Of a stretch of DNA of 64,000 bases, positions 21,235 through 30,670 are shown in pieces (positions within the stretch are counted from its first letter, which is position 1; every line of letters begins with the position of its first letter). The stretch covers positions 98-64,097 of the forward strand of contig JBJDZG010000012.1 of the NCBI GenBank assembly GCA_051867875.1, read 5' to 3'. Under the pieces are notes generated by a model. The model was not told where the DNA came from and did not search any database. It was given only the letters and a program-made list of their open reading frames with translations. The stretch is from Eubacteriales bacterium (lineage in GTDB: Bacteria; Bacillota; Clostridia; Oscillospirales; CAG-272). Made by a program: the position numbers and the translations under genes.

Positions 21235-23100
21235 GTGAAATTAATGAATACAAAAAACAGTTCCGTTCTTAAATCTGTAGAAAAGCCCGGCAGATACTGC
21301 GGGGGCGAATACGGACAGGTAATTAAGGGCAAAAAAGATATTAAGGCGAGATGGGCGTTCTGCTTCCCCGACACCTATGAGATAGGAATGTCAAATCTCG
21401 GCGTAAGAATACTTTACGGTGCTCTCAACCGTGAGGACGATATCTGGTGCGAGCGCGTTTACGCGCCCTGGACCGATATGCAACAGAAGATGAGAGAAAA
21501 CGGTATTCCCCTTACCGCTCACGAGAGCGGGGACAAGCTCACGGAATTTGATATCGTCGGTTTCACGCTTCAGTACGAGATGTGTTATACGACGGTGCTT
21601 CAGATGCTCTCTCTTGCGGGTATTCCCCTATACGCAAAGGACAGGGGGGACGAGTTCCCCATAGTCATAGGCGGCGGACCTTGCGCGTACAACGCAGAGC
21701 CCGTGGTGGATTTCTTCGATTGCTTCTCAATAGGTGAGGGCGAGGATATGCTCGTCGAGTTTACAAAGCTCTACATTGAAATGAAGGAGAGTGGCACTTA
21801 TACAAAGCGCGAATTTCTCCACAGAGCGGCGCGCGAGGTCGGCGGTCTTTACGTTCCGTCGTTCTACGACGTTTCCTACAACGATGACGGCACTGTCAAA
21901 GAATACAAGCCGATTTTCGACGACATTCCCACGAAGATTACGAAAAGAATTATGACCGATATGGACAAGTCGTACTTCCCCGACAAGGTCGTAATGCCCT
22001 ATATTGAAACGGTGCACGACAGAATAATGCTTGAGGTTTACCGTGGCTGTATACGCGGCTGCCGTTTCTGTCAGGCGGGAATGGTTTATCGCCCCGTCCG
22101 CGAAAAGACTCCCGGCGTGCTCAACGACCAGGCAAAATGCCTCTTTGAAGCGACGGGCTACGACGAGATTTCGCTTTCGTCGCTCTCTATAAGCGACTAT
22201 TCAAGGCTCGACGAGCTGACGGACAGTTTGCTCGAATGGACGGACGACAATATGGTTAACCTTTCGCTTCCGTCCTTGCGCGTTGACAGCTTTACCAAGG
22301 AGCTTATGGACAAGATAGTTACCGTCAGAACGGGCTCTCTTACGTTTGCTCCCGAGGCGGGAAGTCAGAGACTGCGCGACGTTATTAACAAAAACGTCTG
22401 CCGTGAGGACCTTTTGCGCGCGGTGAATGTTGCCTTTGATGCGGGCAAGACGAGCGTTAAGCTCTACTTTATGATGGGACTTCCAACGGAAACTTACGAG
22501 GACCTTGAAGGCATCGCAACTCTTGCAAAGGACGTTGTCGAGGCTTACTATGCCAACCCCAACAGAATGAAGGGCAAGGCACCGAGCGTTACGGTCAGCG
22601 TTTCCTGCTTTATTCCGAAGCCCTTCACACCCTTCCAGTGGGAAGCTCAGGACTCTATGGAAGCCTTCGTCGAAAAGCAAAAGTTTCTTGAAAGTAAGAT
22701 AACGGACCGCAAGATAAGATTCGTTCATCACGACGCAAGAGTTTCGCATATCGAAGCGGTACTTGCGCGCGGCGACCGCCGTCTTGCTCCCGCTATGGCG
22801 CTTGCGTGCGAGCGCGGATTCTGCTTTGACGCGTGGGACGAATTTTTCCGATACGACGAGTGGATAAAGGTGTTCAACGACTGCGGTATCGACTACAATT
22901 TCTATTCAAACAGAGAATGGGGCGAGGACGAGGTGCTTCCTTGGGACATTATCGACTGCGGTGTTACAAAGTCGTTCCTTATGCGTGAGCGCCACAACGC
23001 CTACATGGAAAAGACCACGCCTTCCTGCCGTGAAAAGTGCAGCGGCTGCGGTGTAAATAAACTCGGAGGTGAGAGAACATGGTGTCCGAAAAAGGATTAA
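21235..23100 (+). CDS. B12-binding-domain radical SAM protein (TIGR03960-like)
   Basis: 621 aa with a CxxxCxxC cluster (YRGCIRGCRFCQAG). It is followed by its usual DUF2344-like partner. Confidence 0.85.
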   Translation: MKLMNTKNSSVLKSVEKPGRYCGGEYGQVIKGKKDIKARWAFCFPDTYEIGMSNLGVRILYGALNREDDIWCERVYAPWTDMQQKMRENGIPLTAHESGDKLTEFDIVGFTLQYEMCYTTVLQMLSLAGIPLYAKDRGDEFPIVIGGGPCAYNAEPVVDFFDCFSIGEGEDMLVEFTKLYIEMKESGTYTKREFLHRAAREVGGLYVPSFYDVSYNDDGTVKEYKPIFDDIPTKITKRIMTDMDKSYFPDKVVMPYIETVHDRIMLEVYRGCIRGCRFCQAGMVYRPVREKTPGVLNDQAKCLFEATGYDEISLSSLSISDYSRLDELTDSLLEWTDDNMVNLSLPSLRVDSFTKELMDKIVTVRTGSLTFAPEAGSQRLRDVINKNVCREDLLRAVNVAFDAGKTSVKLYFMMGLPTETYEDLEGIATLAKDVVEAYYANPNRMKGKAPSVTVSVSCFIPKPFTPFQWEAQDSMEAFVEKQKFLESKITDRKIRFVHHDARVSHIEAVLARGDRRLAPAMALACERGFCFDAWDEFFRYDEWIKVFNDCGIDYNFYSNREWGEDEVLPWDIIDCGVTKSFLMRERHNAYMEKTTPSCREKCSGCGVNKLGGERTWCPKKD

Positions 23101-23837
23101 AGCCTTATTCAAAAAACGACTATCCGATGCTCGATACTCCGAAATTCATAAGATTCAAGTTCAGAAAGGTCGGCGATTTGCAGTACATATCCCATCTTGA
23201 CCTGCAAAAGACGATGGGCAGAGTCCTTATCCGTGCCAAAGCTCCGCTTTGGTACAGCAAGGGCTTTAACCCCCACCCGAAGCTCATTTTTGCGCTTCCG
23301 CTCTCCGTCGGTACGCAGAGCGAGTGCGAGTATCTCGATATAAGAGTCGAGCGCGACGTACCGCCCGAGGTGATGCTCGCGCATATAAACGCCGAGGTAA
23401 CGGACGAGCTTTGCTTCCTTGAAGCGTACTATCCCGAAGCTCCCTTGGAGGACATTTATTTTGCGGAGTACGATTTTGAGATAATCAGCAAGAGCGCGTG
23501 CCCTGATTTGGCGGAGAAAATAGACGAATATCTGAACGCCGACGAGGTGCTTATTTCAAAGAAAGTCAAGAGTAAGGACAAAAAGATAAGTTACAAGGAC
23601 GTTGATATTGCGCCCTACGTAAAGCGTGCAGAGGTGCGCTTTGACGGCGGAAAAATCAAAATCAACGCCGTTCTTTCCGCATCCATAAACCAAACGCACC
23701 CGCATATAAATCCAGAATCTCTGATGAAAAGTATTCGTGAGCGTTTTTCCATCGTTCCCGACGGCGTTGCGGGCGAGGAATACAGCATAATGCGCCGACG
23801 CGTCTTTTTTGAAGACGGAGAGACGGAATTCAGATAG
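23079..23837 (+). CDS. radical-SAM-associated protein (TIGR03936 / DUF2344-like)
   Basis: FRKVGDLQYISHLDL...GFNPHPK signature. It overlaps the upstream radical SAM gene by 22 nt. The true start may be the internal Met near 23127. Confidence 0.8.
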   Translation: MVSEKGLKPYSKNDYPMLDTPKFIRFKFRKVGDLQYISHLDLQKTMGRVLIRAKAPLWYSKGFNPHPKLIFALPLSVGTQSECEYLDIRVERDVPPEVMLAHINAEVTDELCFLEAYYPEAPLEDIYFAEYDFEIISKSACPDLAEKIDEYLNADEVLISKKVKSKDKKISYKDVDIAPYVKRAEVRFDGGKIKINAVLSASINQTHPHINPESLMKSIRERFSIVPDGVAGEEYSIMRRRVFFEDGETEFR

Positions 23838-23846
23838 GAGCTCGGT

Positions 23847-24380
23847 ATGTATATCTGGGTTGGAATTGACGTTGAAAGAGAGCTCATAGAAGTAAGGCGG
23901 GCGCTGGACGCGACCTTTGAGAGCATGGAAATCTCAAACGCGAACTGCAAACTGCCGCTGCATATCTCTCTTAAAATCTCGTTTGAGATACCGAACGATA
24001 TTCTTGATTCGGTGATTTCGGATATTGAAGAAATTTATAACCGCACCGAGCCTTTCGATATTGAAATTTCGGGTATCGAAAAATACGAAAATATCGTGTG
24101 GATAAGAATGAGGGAAAACCGTGCTCTCAAGAGCCTTTCCTACAAGCTCAATATGATGCTTAAGGACAGGTACGGCATAGGGCTGCACGAGTACGACCTC
24201 GATTATAAATTTCACACTACGCTCTTTATGGACGGCGATGGCGAAAAGATTGACAAAGCGTTCTCGCACGTGTCAAATCTTACCCTGCCCAAAGCTCTGC
24301 GCGCCGATAAATTTATCATTGGAAAGAGCGAGAGCGGACGCGACGGAACGTATTTTGTTTATAAAGAGATACAAAAATAA
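23847..24380 (+). CDS. 2H phosphoesterase superfamily protein (LigT-like)
   Basis: 177 aa with two H-x-[ST] motifs (LHISLK and FHTTLF) at the spacing typical of 2H enzymes. Confidence 0.65.
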   Translation: MYIWVGIDVERELIEVRRALDATFESMEISNANCKLPLHISLKISFEIPNDILDSVISDIEEIYNRTEPFDIEISGIEKYENIVWIRMRENRALKSLSYKLNMMLKDRYGIGLHEYDLDYKFHTTLFMDGDGEKIDKAFSHVSNLTLPKALRADKFIIGKSESGRDGTYFVYKEIQK

Positions 24381-24383
24381 AAA

Positions 24384-24409
24384 ATCGAAGCCAAGGCTTC
24401 GATTTTTTG
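24384..24409. terminator. Bidirectional terminator between convergent genes
   Basis: atcgaagcc / ggcttcgat stem flanked by an A-run and a T-run. Confidence 0.8.
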
Positions 24410-25762
24410 TTATATACTTGCTTCTGCCTCTCTGCGCTTCAGCTCCTTTGAGAAAAGGAGCATAATTACGACGGAGAGCAGCGTTGTAAGAACCATTGTG
24501 ATGGGCGAGTTGAGCCAAAGCCCGAAAAGACCGAGTGAGCGGAGCGCGAAGATGAGCGCCATGGGGAACACAAACGCGCTTCCGACGGATATGAACGTTG
24601 CGTAAAGCGGTTTTTCGACGGCGGTCATATAGCTTTGAGTCGCAAACGAGAACCAGAATATAAGCCGCGAGAAGGCGTAGATTTTGAGTGCTTCAACCGC
24701 CTCCGAAAGGAAGGCTGTGTCGGTGCTTTTCGTAAAGAGGGACACGAGAAGCTCGGGGATAGTCCACATCATCACAAAGGACACGACGGACACGACGGCG
24801 CCGGCAGCGAAGGTGCATTTTGAGAGAGATTTGACTCTGTCGTAGCGTTTAGCACCCCAGTTATAGCCAATCGCGGGCTGGAGCGAGTCGCAGATTCCGT
24901 AGATGAGGGGCTGAATTATCTCTCCGACGTACATCAAAATGCCGTAAATGGCAACCGCGGGGTCCCCTCCCATTGATATGAGTGCCTTATTCATAGCGAT
25001 TGAGGTAACTCTGCCCGAAATATTGTTAAGAAATATGGGCATACCGCATTTTATAATTTGTTTCGCCGTTTTCGCCGAGAAATGCGGCCTTGTGAGCTTT
25101 AATTGAAATTTGCCGATGGCAAACGGAACGAATGCAGTAAGCGCACCGCCCGTAAGGCACAGACAGCTTGCAAGTGCCGCTCCCCAGATATCAAATCGGA
25201 ACGCGAAAAGAAAGATAAATTCCGTTACGGCAGTCGCTATCGACATCACGACGTTAATCCACATACTGAATTTGACCTTGCCCGAAATTCTCAGGTAGTT
25301 GTCAAAAGCGAAAACCGAAGTAATCACGGGCGAGAACACCGCGTAGACGCGAATGTACTGCACCGCGAGGCGCGACGCCTCCTCACTCGCTCCCATAAAT
25401 CCGATGATATATGGCGAGCCGAAGAAGAGAAGAAGCCCCATAAACGAGCCCGCGCCCACTATCATCAGAAGAGCGCAGGTGAAAATATTGTTTGCTTCCT
25501 TTTCCTCACGGCGACCGAGGCTTATCGAAATGGGCACGGCGGAGCCGACTGCCACGAGGTCCGAGAGAGCGAAATTTATGATTACGAAAGGAAACGCAAG
25601 ATTTATTGCGGCAAACGCGGTATCGCCGAGTATCTGCCCGACGAAAATACCGTCGAAAAGTCCGTACAGAGCCGACGCGAGCATACTTATCGCGCCCGGA
25701 ATGGCGGCGATGAAAAACAGCTTCAGCGGTCGGGTTTTAAGAAACAGTTCTTTAGAGTCCAT
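24410..25762 (-). CDS. MATE family efflux transporter
   Basis: 450 aa with about 12 predicted TM helices and a typical MATE N-terminus (PLKLFFIAAIPGAISMLASALYGLFDGIFVGQ). Confidence 0.85.
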   Translation of the reverse strand: MDSKELFLKTRPLKLFFIAAIPGAISMLASALYGLFDGIFVGQILGDTAFAAINLAFPFVIINFALSDLVAVGSAVPISISLGRREEKEANNIFTCALLMIVGAGSFMGLLLFFGSPYIIGFMGASEEASRLAVQYIRVYAVFSPVITSVFAFDNYLRISGKVKFSMWINVVMSIATAVTEFIFLFAFRFDIWGAALASCLCLTGGALTAFVPFAIGKFQLKLTRPHFSAKTAKQIIKCGMPIFLNNISGRVTSIAMNKALISMGGDPAVAIYGILMYVGEIIQPLIYGICDSLQPAIGYNWGAKRYDRVKSLSKCTFAAGAVVSVVSFVMMWTIPELLVSLFTKSTDTAFLSEAVEALKIYAFSRLIFWFSFATQSYMTAVEKPLYATFISVGSAFVFPMALIFALRSLGLFGLWLNSPITMVLTTLLSVVIMLLFSKELKRREAEASI

Positions 25763-25831
25763 ATACCTTCCTTGAAAAATTAGTTCCTATTGATTATACA
25801 ATAATTTTTCGCAAAAGTCAATGGAATATAA

Positions 25832-26788
25832 TCAAAAGACACTTTCTATTATTTTCTTGCATCCTCTCGGCGAATAGCGCCAGATTTCTATCCTGTTTTG
25901 CGTTTCGGGGTTAATATAGTATTTTAACGGCGTTATCGGCGCGGGCGAGAGATTTGAGTCTATCAGCACGAGCTTGATTTTCATTCTGTCGGGCAGAATG
26001 CTTTTGATATATACGGAAATGGTGTCGCCGGTGCGGAGATTCTGCAAGGTAGGATTGTCGTCGCGGAGCTCCGCAAGCCCCGCAAGATTTGGGGCAAGCT
26101 CGACGAAAACTCCGTAGCTCTCAACGCTTCTTACTATTCCGTTGACCGTCTGACCGACGGAAAACTCGCGCGCGTTTTCTTCCCACGTGCCGAGAAGCTC
26201 TTTCAAGGTTATGTATATGCGTCCGGTTTGCACGTCATTGGATTTTACCACGACGGAGAGGTTTTGTCTGTTTGCAAGTCTGTCCGACGGGTGAGATATG
26301 CGCGAGACAGAAATGCAGTCAATGGACAAGAGGGAAACGATACCGCAGCCTATGTCGGCGAACGCGCCGAAGGTGTCAAGATGAGTGACAGTTGCGGGAA
26401 TGATATCGCCCGGCAAAAGCGACGAGAGATAGTAATTTTTGCACTCTATCTGCGCGCTCTTGCGCGAGAGAACAGCTCTGTATGTATCTCCCACCGCCTC
26501 AAGCCCTATGACCTTGAAGCACACGGGCTTGCCTACACGCGTGATTATGGCTATATCCTTGACGGGCTCGCCGGACGCAGAGAGAACGCACTCCTCTTTC
26601 GGAATGATTCCCTTTATGCCGAAGAGGTCAACGTGCAAATTCAGCTCCTCGTCGCATTTGGTTGCCATAGCTTCGAGTATTTTTCCCTCGTTCATGGCGC
26701 GTCCAAGTCCTGAAATACTTGATATATATGAAGTGTTTTCCTGTGTGTAGATATGTGAGCCCTCGGGCAAATACTCTGTTTCAAACAT
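25832..26788 (-). CDS. S1 RNA-binding domain protein (multi-S1)
   Basis: 318 aa with repeated S1-like segments (GDIIPATVTHLDTFGAFADIG; GQTVNGIVRSVESYGVFVELA). Confidence 0.75.
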   Translation of the reverse strand: MFETEYLPEGSHIYTQENTSYISSISGLGRAMNEGKILEAMATKCDEELNLHVDLFGIKGIIPKEECVLSASGEPVKDIAIITRVGKPVCFKVIGLEAVGDTYRAVLSRKSAQIECKNYYLSSLLPGDIIPATVTHLDTFGAFADIGCGIVSLLSIDCISVSRISHPSDRLANRQNLSVVVKSNDVQTGRIYITLKELLGTWEENAREFSVGQTVNGIVRSVESYGVFVELAPNLAGLAELRDDNPTLQNLRTGDTISVYIKSILPDRMKIKLVLIDSNLSPAPITPLKYYINPETQNRIEIWRYSPRGCKKIIESVF

Positions 26789-26962
26789 TTTTCATTCTCC
26801 TTTTAATCCTTTACGCCTAATTTATTTGAGCGCTCAAAAAAATATTCCGAAAAATTTTGAATTGTAAAACGAGAAAAAACGAGCAAATTGGGTAAAAATG
26901 CGAGAAAACGAGAGCTTGCGCCAAGATAAATTGAAATTGCAAAAAAAGTTTTCAAAAAAGTA

Positions 26963-26991
26963 TTGACAATGAGCGAAAATGATGATATAAT
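26963..26991 (+). promoter_or_regulatory. sigma-A promoter of rplM-rpsI
   Basis: TTGACA, 17-nt spacer, TATAAT. Confidence 0.7.
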
Positions 26992-27057
26992 GTGCAAGGT
27001 CAAAAAAGAAAAAGCTTGTAAATCAAGCTAATTACAAAAATTTTGGAGGAATTATTA

Positions 27058-27486
27058 ATGTCTACTTTTTTTGCAAAAGCAGAAACCATTGAAAGAAAAT
27101 GGTATGTTATAGACGCTGCTAATAAGCCCCTCGGAAGAACTGCAGTTGCTGCAGCCAACATTCTTCGCGGCAAGCACCGTCCCGAATTTACACCCAACGC
27201 CGACTGCGGTGAATTCGTAATTATCATCAACGCTGACAAGGCTGTTCTTACAGGCAAAAAGCTTGAACAGAAACACTACTATCATCACTCCGGTTACATC
27301 GGCGGTATGAAGTCGGTTCAGTACAAAACACTTATGGCTACAAAGCCCGAACTTGCTATGACTCTCGCAGTTAAGGGTATGCTTCCTCACAACTCCCTCG
27401 GAGCAAAGGCAGCTACACGCCTTAAAGTCTACGCAGGTGCAAACCACAAGCACGAGGCTCAGCAGCCCGTGGCTTACGAAGTTTAA
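27058..27486 (+). CDS. rplM: 50S ribosomal protein L13
   Basis: [20 protein letters not shown]...GKHRPEFTP. The ATG at 27058 sits 7 nt after GGAGGA. Confidence 0.95.
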   Translation: MSTFFAKAETIERKWYVIDAANKPLGRTAVAAANILRGKHRPEFTPNADCGEFVIIINADKAVLTGKKLEQKHYYHHSGYIGGMKSVQYKTLMATKPELAMTLAVKGMLPHNSLGAKAATRLKVYAGANHKHEAQQPVAYEV

Positions 27487-27506
27487 TGAAAGGTAGGACG
27501 ACAGAT

Positions 27507-27908
27507 ATGTATACAAGCTCAAAGCCCTATTTTTACGGAACAGGTAGAAGAAAGAAATCCGTTGCACGCGTTCGCATAGTTCCCGGAACAGGCGTTATCA
27601 CAATCAACGGCAAGGACATCGACCAGTACTTCGGTCTTGAAACACTTAAGCTCATCGTTAACCAGCCTTTCGGCGTTACAGGTACTGAAGGCAAGTTTGA
27701 TATCATCGCACTTGTAAACGGCGGCGGTATCTCCGGTCAGGCAGGTGCTATCCGTCACGGTCTTGCAAGAGCTCTCGTTGCAGCTGACGAGGCTAATAAG
27801 CCCGCTCTTAAGGCAGCAGGTCTTCTCACTCGTGACCCTCGTATGAAGGAAAGAAAGAAATACGGACTCAAGGGCGCTCGCCGTGCTCCTCAGTTCTCAA
27901 AGAGATAA
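27507..27908 (+). CDS. rpsI: 30S ribosomal protein S9
   Basis: [15 protein letters not shown] near the N-terminus and a C-terminal [10 protein letters not shown]. Confidence 0.95.
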   Translation: MYTSSKPYFYGTGRRKKSVARVRIVPGTGVITINGKDIDQYFGLETLKLIVNQPFGVTGTEGKFDIIALVNGGGISGQAGAIRHGLARALVAADEANKPALKAAGLLTRDPRMKERKKYGLKGARRAPQFSKR

Positions 27909-27936
27909 TTATTTCTTATTGGATATTATCAACAAA

Positions 27937-27971
27937 CCCCGAAACTTCAAGGTTTTCGGGGTTTTCTTTTT
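27937..27971 (+). terminator. Rho-independent terminator after rpsI
   Basis: ccccgaaac / gttttcgggg stem followed by ttttcttttt. Confidence 0.8.
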
Positions 27972-27984
27972 GCCAATTTTTCGA

Positions 27985-28028
27985 TTTTGGTGCAAATGTG
28001 GTGCAAATCGACTTCAAAACCTACTTTT
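27985..28028 (+). repeat. Junction repeat copy A (doubled GGTGCAAAT unit plus TCGACTTCAAAAC)
   Basis: ttttggtgcaaatgtggtgcaaatcgacttcaaaacctactttt. It is near-identical to copy B at 41604 and shares the doubled unit with copy C at 42858. Confidence 0.8.
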
Positions 28029-28055
28029 TAGACGCAAAAATCATATAAAAACTGT

Positions 28056-28088
28056 CAAGCGAGTTCAGTGAACTCGCTTGATTTTTTG
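28056..28088 (+). terminator. Orphan terminator-like hairpin
   Basis: caagcgagttc / gaactcgcttg stem followed by aTTTTTTg. No intact upstream gene is present. Confidence 0.6.
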
Positions 28089-29626
28089 TTGAACTCTTTT
28101 ATCCTTCGTGGGTGTTTGTGCCGTGATGCGTTTCGCTATTAAGAATGACGCAAGCGGTTGTTTTGAACGTTCTCATCAAACTTTCTTTGAGGAGTTGATT
28201 TTGACTTTCTTGATAGCTGATGTAAAAGACTCCCGTTTCGTCTGACTTTTGCTCGCAGACGGCGCAGCTTATGATATGGGAAGAAGCGGAGTAGCATTTT
28301 CCTATGTTATGAATAGCGATTCCACTTCTTATCTTACCGAAAATCAGAGGGAGCTTGCATACGAGGCGGTAAAGGCGGCGTCTGATACTTCTGCAAAAGA
28401 GCAGGATTCTAAGATTAAGAAATCAGCTAACGGAAAGACCGGGCGTAAGATAGGAACAGTTAAGGGCGAGGGAGTAACTATCTCGGACCTTAAAAAAACC
28501 TTTAATGATACGCAGAATAAAGCTTATAAAACACTCACTACTATTGCAGAAGTTACAGGCATTGACATTGTACTGTATAAATCTGAGGCAAACGCTGACG
28601 GTGTATTTCAAGGTGCTCAGGGTAAATTTGATTGGTCTGACGATAAACTATATATAGACATTAACGCAGGTCTTAAAGATATAAACAGCGTTGATGACCT
28701 TGCAAAATACGCTATGCTTCGCACTTTTTCCCACGAATTTACACATTTTATTGAAAAATACAATTCAATATGGTATAATGAGTTTAGAAAAGTGGTGTTT
28801 GAAGAACTCACAACACGAGGAGAAAACGTTCACGATTTGATTGAGGAAAAGCAGGCAATGACAGAGGGAATGACCTATGAGCAGGCAAGCCGTGAAGTAG
28901 TTGCAGAAGCTATGACCGATATTCTTCCCGACTCACATTTTGTCGAAACTCTTGCAAATGAGCATAAGAATGTATTTGATAAGCTTCTTGAAAAGCTCAA
29001 GGAATTCCTTGCTGACATAAAGGCTTACTTCAATTCTATCGGGCACAACCGTTCAAAAGAGGCAAATGCACTCAAGGAGCAGGTTGGAGAAGCTGCGCAT
29101 TATGTGGATAACATTGTGAAGCTCTTTGACAAGGTCGCAGTAGAGGCTGTGGAAAACTATCAAAAGACAGTTGCTATTGATGAAACTAAAAATAATCCTG
29201 CAAAGATTACAAGTACAGAGTCAATAAATGCTGACAAAGATTCACAAAATGACATTAAAACTTCAAAAACCGAAAAATCACTCTATGATAAATACAGTGA
29301 TATTAAGAAAGAATACCCGAATAATATCGTGCTTTATCGTGTTGGAGATTTCTTTGAGGTCCTTGGTGATGATGCGAAAGCTGTTTCTAAATGGGCAGAC
29401 TTGACATTGACAAGCAGAAACGACCCCAACGCAGGTCGTGTTGATATGGTCGGCTTCCCATACCATAAACTTGAAAGCTTTATGGACAAAATCAGAAAGC
29501 ATCAGGACGTTACTCTTGTTCAAGAGGAAAATGGAGAAACAAAGGTTTACCCTATGGCTTCATTGGAAACTAAGAACACCGCAAAGACAGCGGAAATAAC
29601 AAATAATACTAACGGAGGTATTACAA

Positions 29627-29812
29627 ATGCAGAACGAGAAGAACAGCAAGCACATTCCACGAGCGTTGACACAGGAAGAAATTCAGGCGTTGAAAGTTCA
29701 TCGGGAAGAACACAAAAAGAAAATGGAAACCGACCCCGAGTACAAAAAACAATGGGAGAAGAAAACGGAGATTTTCAGGAAAACGACTCTGTACAACGAC
29801 TGCATAGACTAA
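29627..29812 (+). CDS. Nested out-of-frame small ORF (61 aa) within the first low-complexity linker of the polyvalent frame
   Basis: GGAGG (29614-29618) lies 8 nt before the ATG. The helical K/E-rich sequence is MQNEKNSKHIPRALTQEEIQALKVHREEHKKKMETDPEYKKQWEKK. Coding status is unproven. Confidence 0.3.
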   Translation: MQNEKNSKHIPRALTQEEIQALKVHREEHKKKMETDPEYKKQWEKKTEIFRKTTLYNDCID

Positions 29813-30412
29813 AAAATGACTATGCTCGGGTTTTAGATACCAATAATTATATAACTCCTGAACAAAACTCTGACTTGCATAAGGCTCAAAGCGAGTTAAC
29901 AAACGAATATGGTATTGAAACTCATATTGTTAAGAAGTCAGCTTGGAAGTTTGAAAAATCTAAAGCTGTAACATCGTCCGAGGGAAAGGTTTATATCGCC
30001 GAAGATATAGGGTATTATGACCTTAGAACTACGCCAACTCACGAGGGAACACACGCTATGAAGCGACTCGGCTTCAGTCCTTATTTAGAGTTTATCGGAC
30101 GTACGCCTGATGCGTTGAATGTAGCGTCAAAAGAATATCTTGACCTTATGGAAGCTATTGAAGAACATACAGGTATTGATGCTTTGGATATGAACGAAAA
30201 AGAGCGTGTTGATGTCTATGATGAATTGAACGCTACTATTTACGGATTCCACAAGGGCGGAATTTTTGACGACACCAAGTTTGAATGGAGTTGGATGAAG
30301 GAGGCTTTTTCCAGCTTTGATACCTATATTAATGAGCTTTCAGCAATACACGAGCAGTTTAAGGCAGAGCGAACAGGTAAAAAGGAAACAACCACAGAGG
30401 AGGTAAAACAAA

Positions 30413-30670
30413 ATGGCAAAAATGCTGATAACCGAGGCACAGTACAACAGTCTGACACCGATAGGCAGGGAGATCCACAAGTATTGGAAGGACTTCAAGC
30501 CGAAAATGTACAAGGAGATGTACAAAGAGGGGACGCTGTGGGAGACTCTGTCGAGCGAGGACAAGAGGTTGGACGAGATGATGTGTCAGATGGTAGCAGA
30601 ACAGGGACTCGCAGAAGATCAGGCGAGGGAGATAATCAAAGCGGAGATTTACGACGAGATGATGTATTAA
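30413..30670 (+). CDS. Nested out-of-frame small ORF (85 aa), TnpV-like pattern
   Basis: GAGGAGGT (30397-30404) lies 8 nt before the ATG. LTPIGREIHKYWKDFKPKMYKEMYKEGTLWETL...QGLAEDQAREIIKAEIY resembles, from memory, small TnpV-type proteins of clostridial mobile elements. Coding status is unproven. Confidence 0.4.
   Translation: MAKMLITEAQYNSLTPIGREIHKYWKDFKPKMYKEMYKEGTLWETLSSEDKRLDEMMCQMVAEQGLAEDQAREIIKAEIYDEMMY

Noticed and set aside
28089-28248. A possible minus-strand gene fragment (…QLLKESLMRTFKTTACVILNSETHHGTNTHEG) between the orphan hairpin and the polyvalent fragment.
   Set aside because: It is short, has no start or RBS, and I recognise no motif. It is probably non-coding debris at the island edge.
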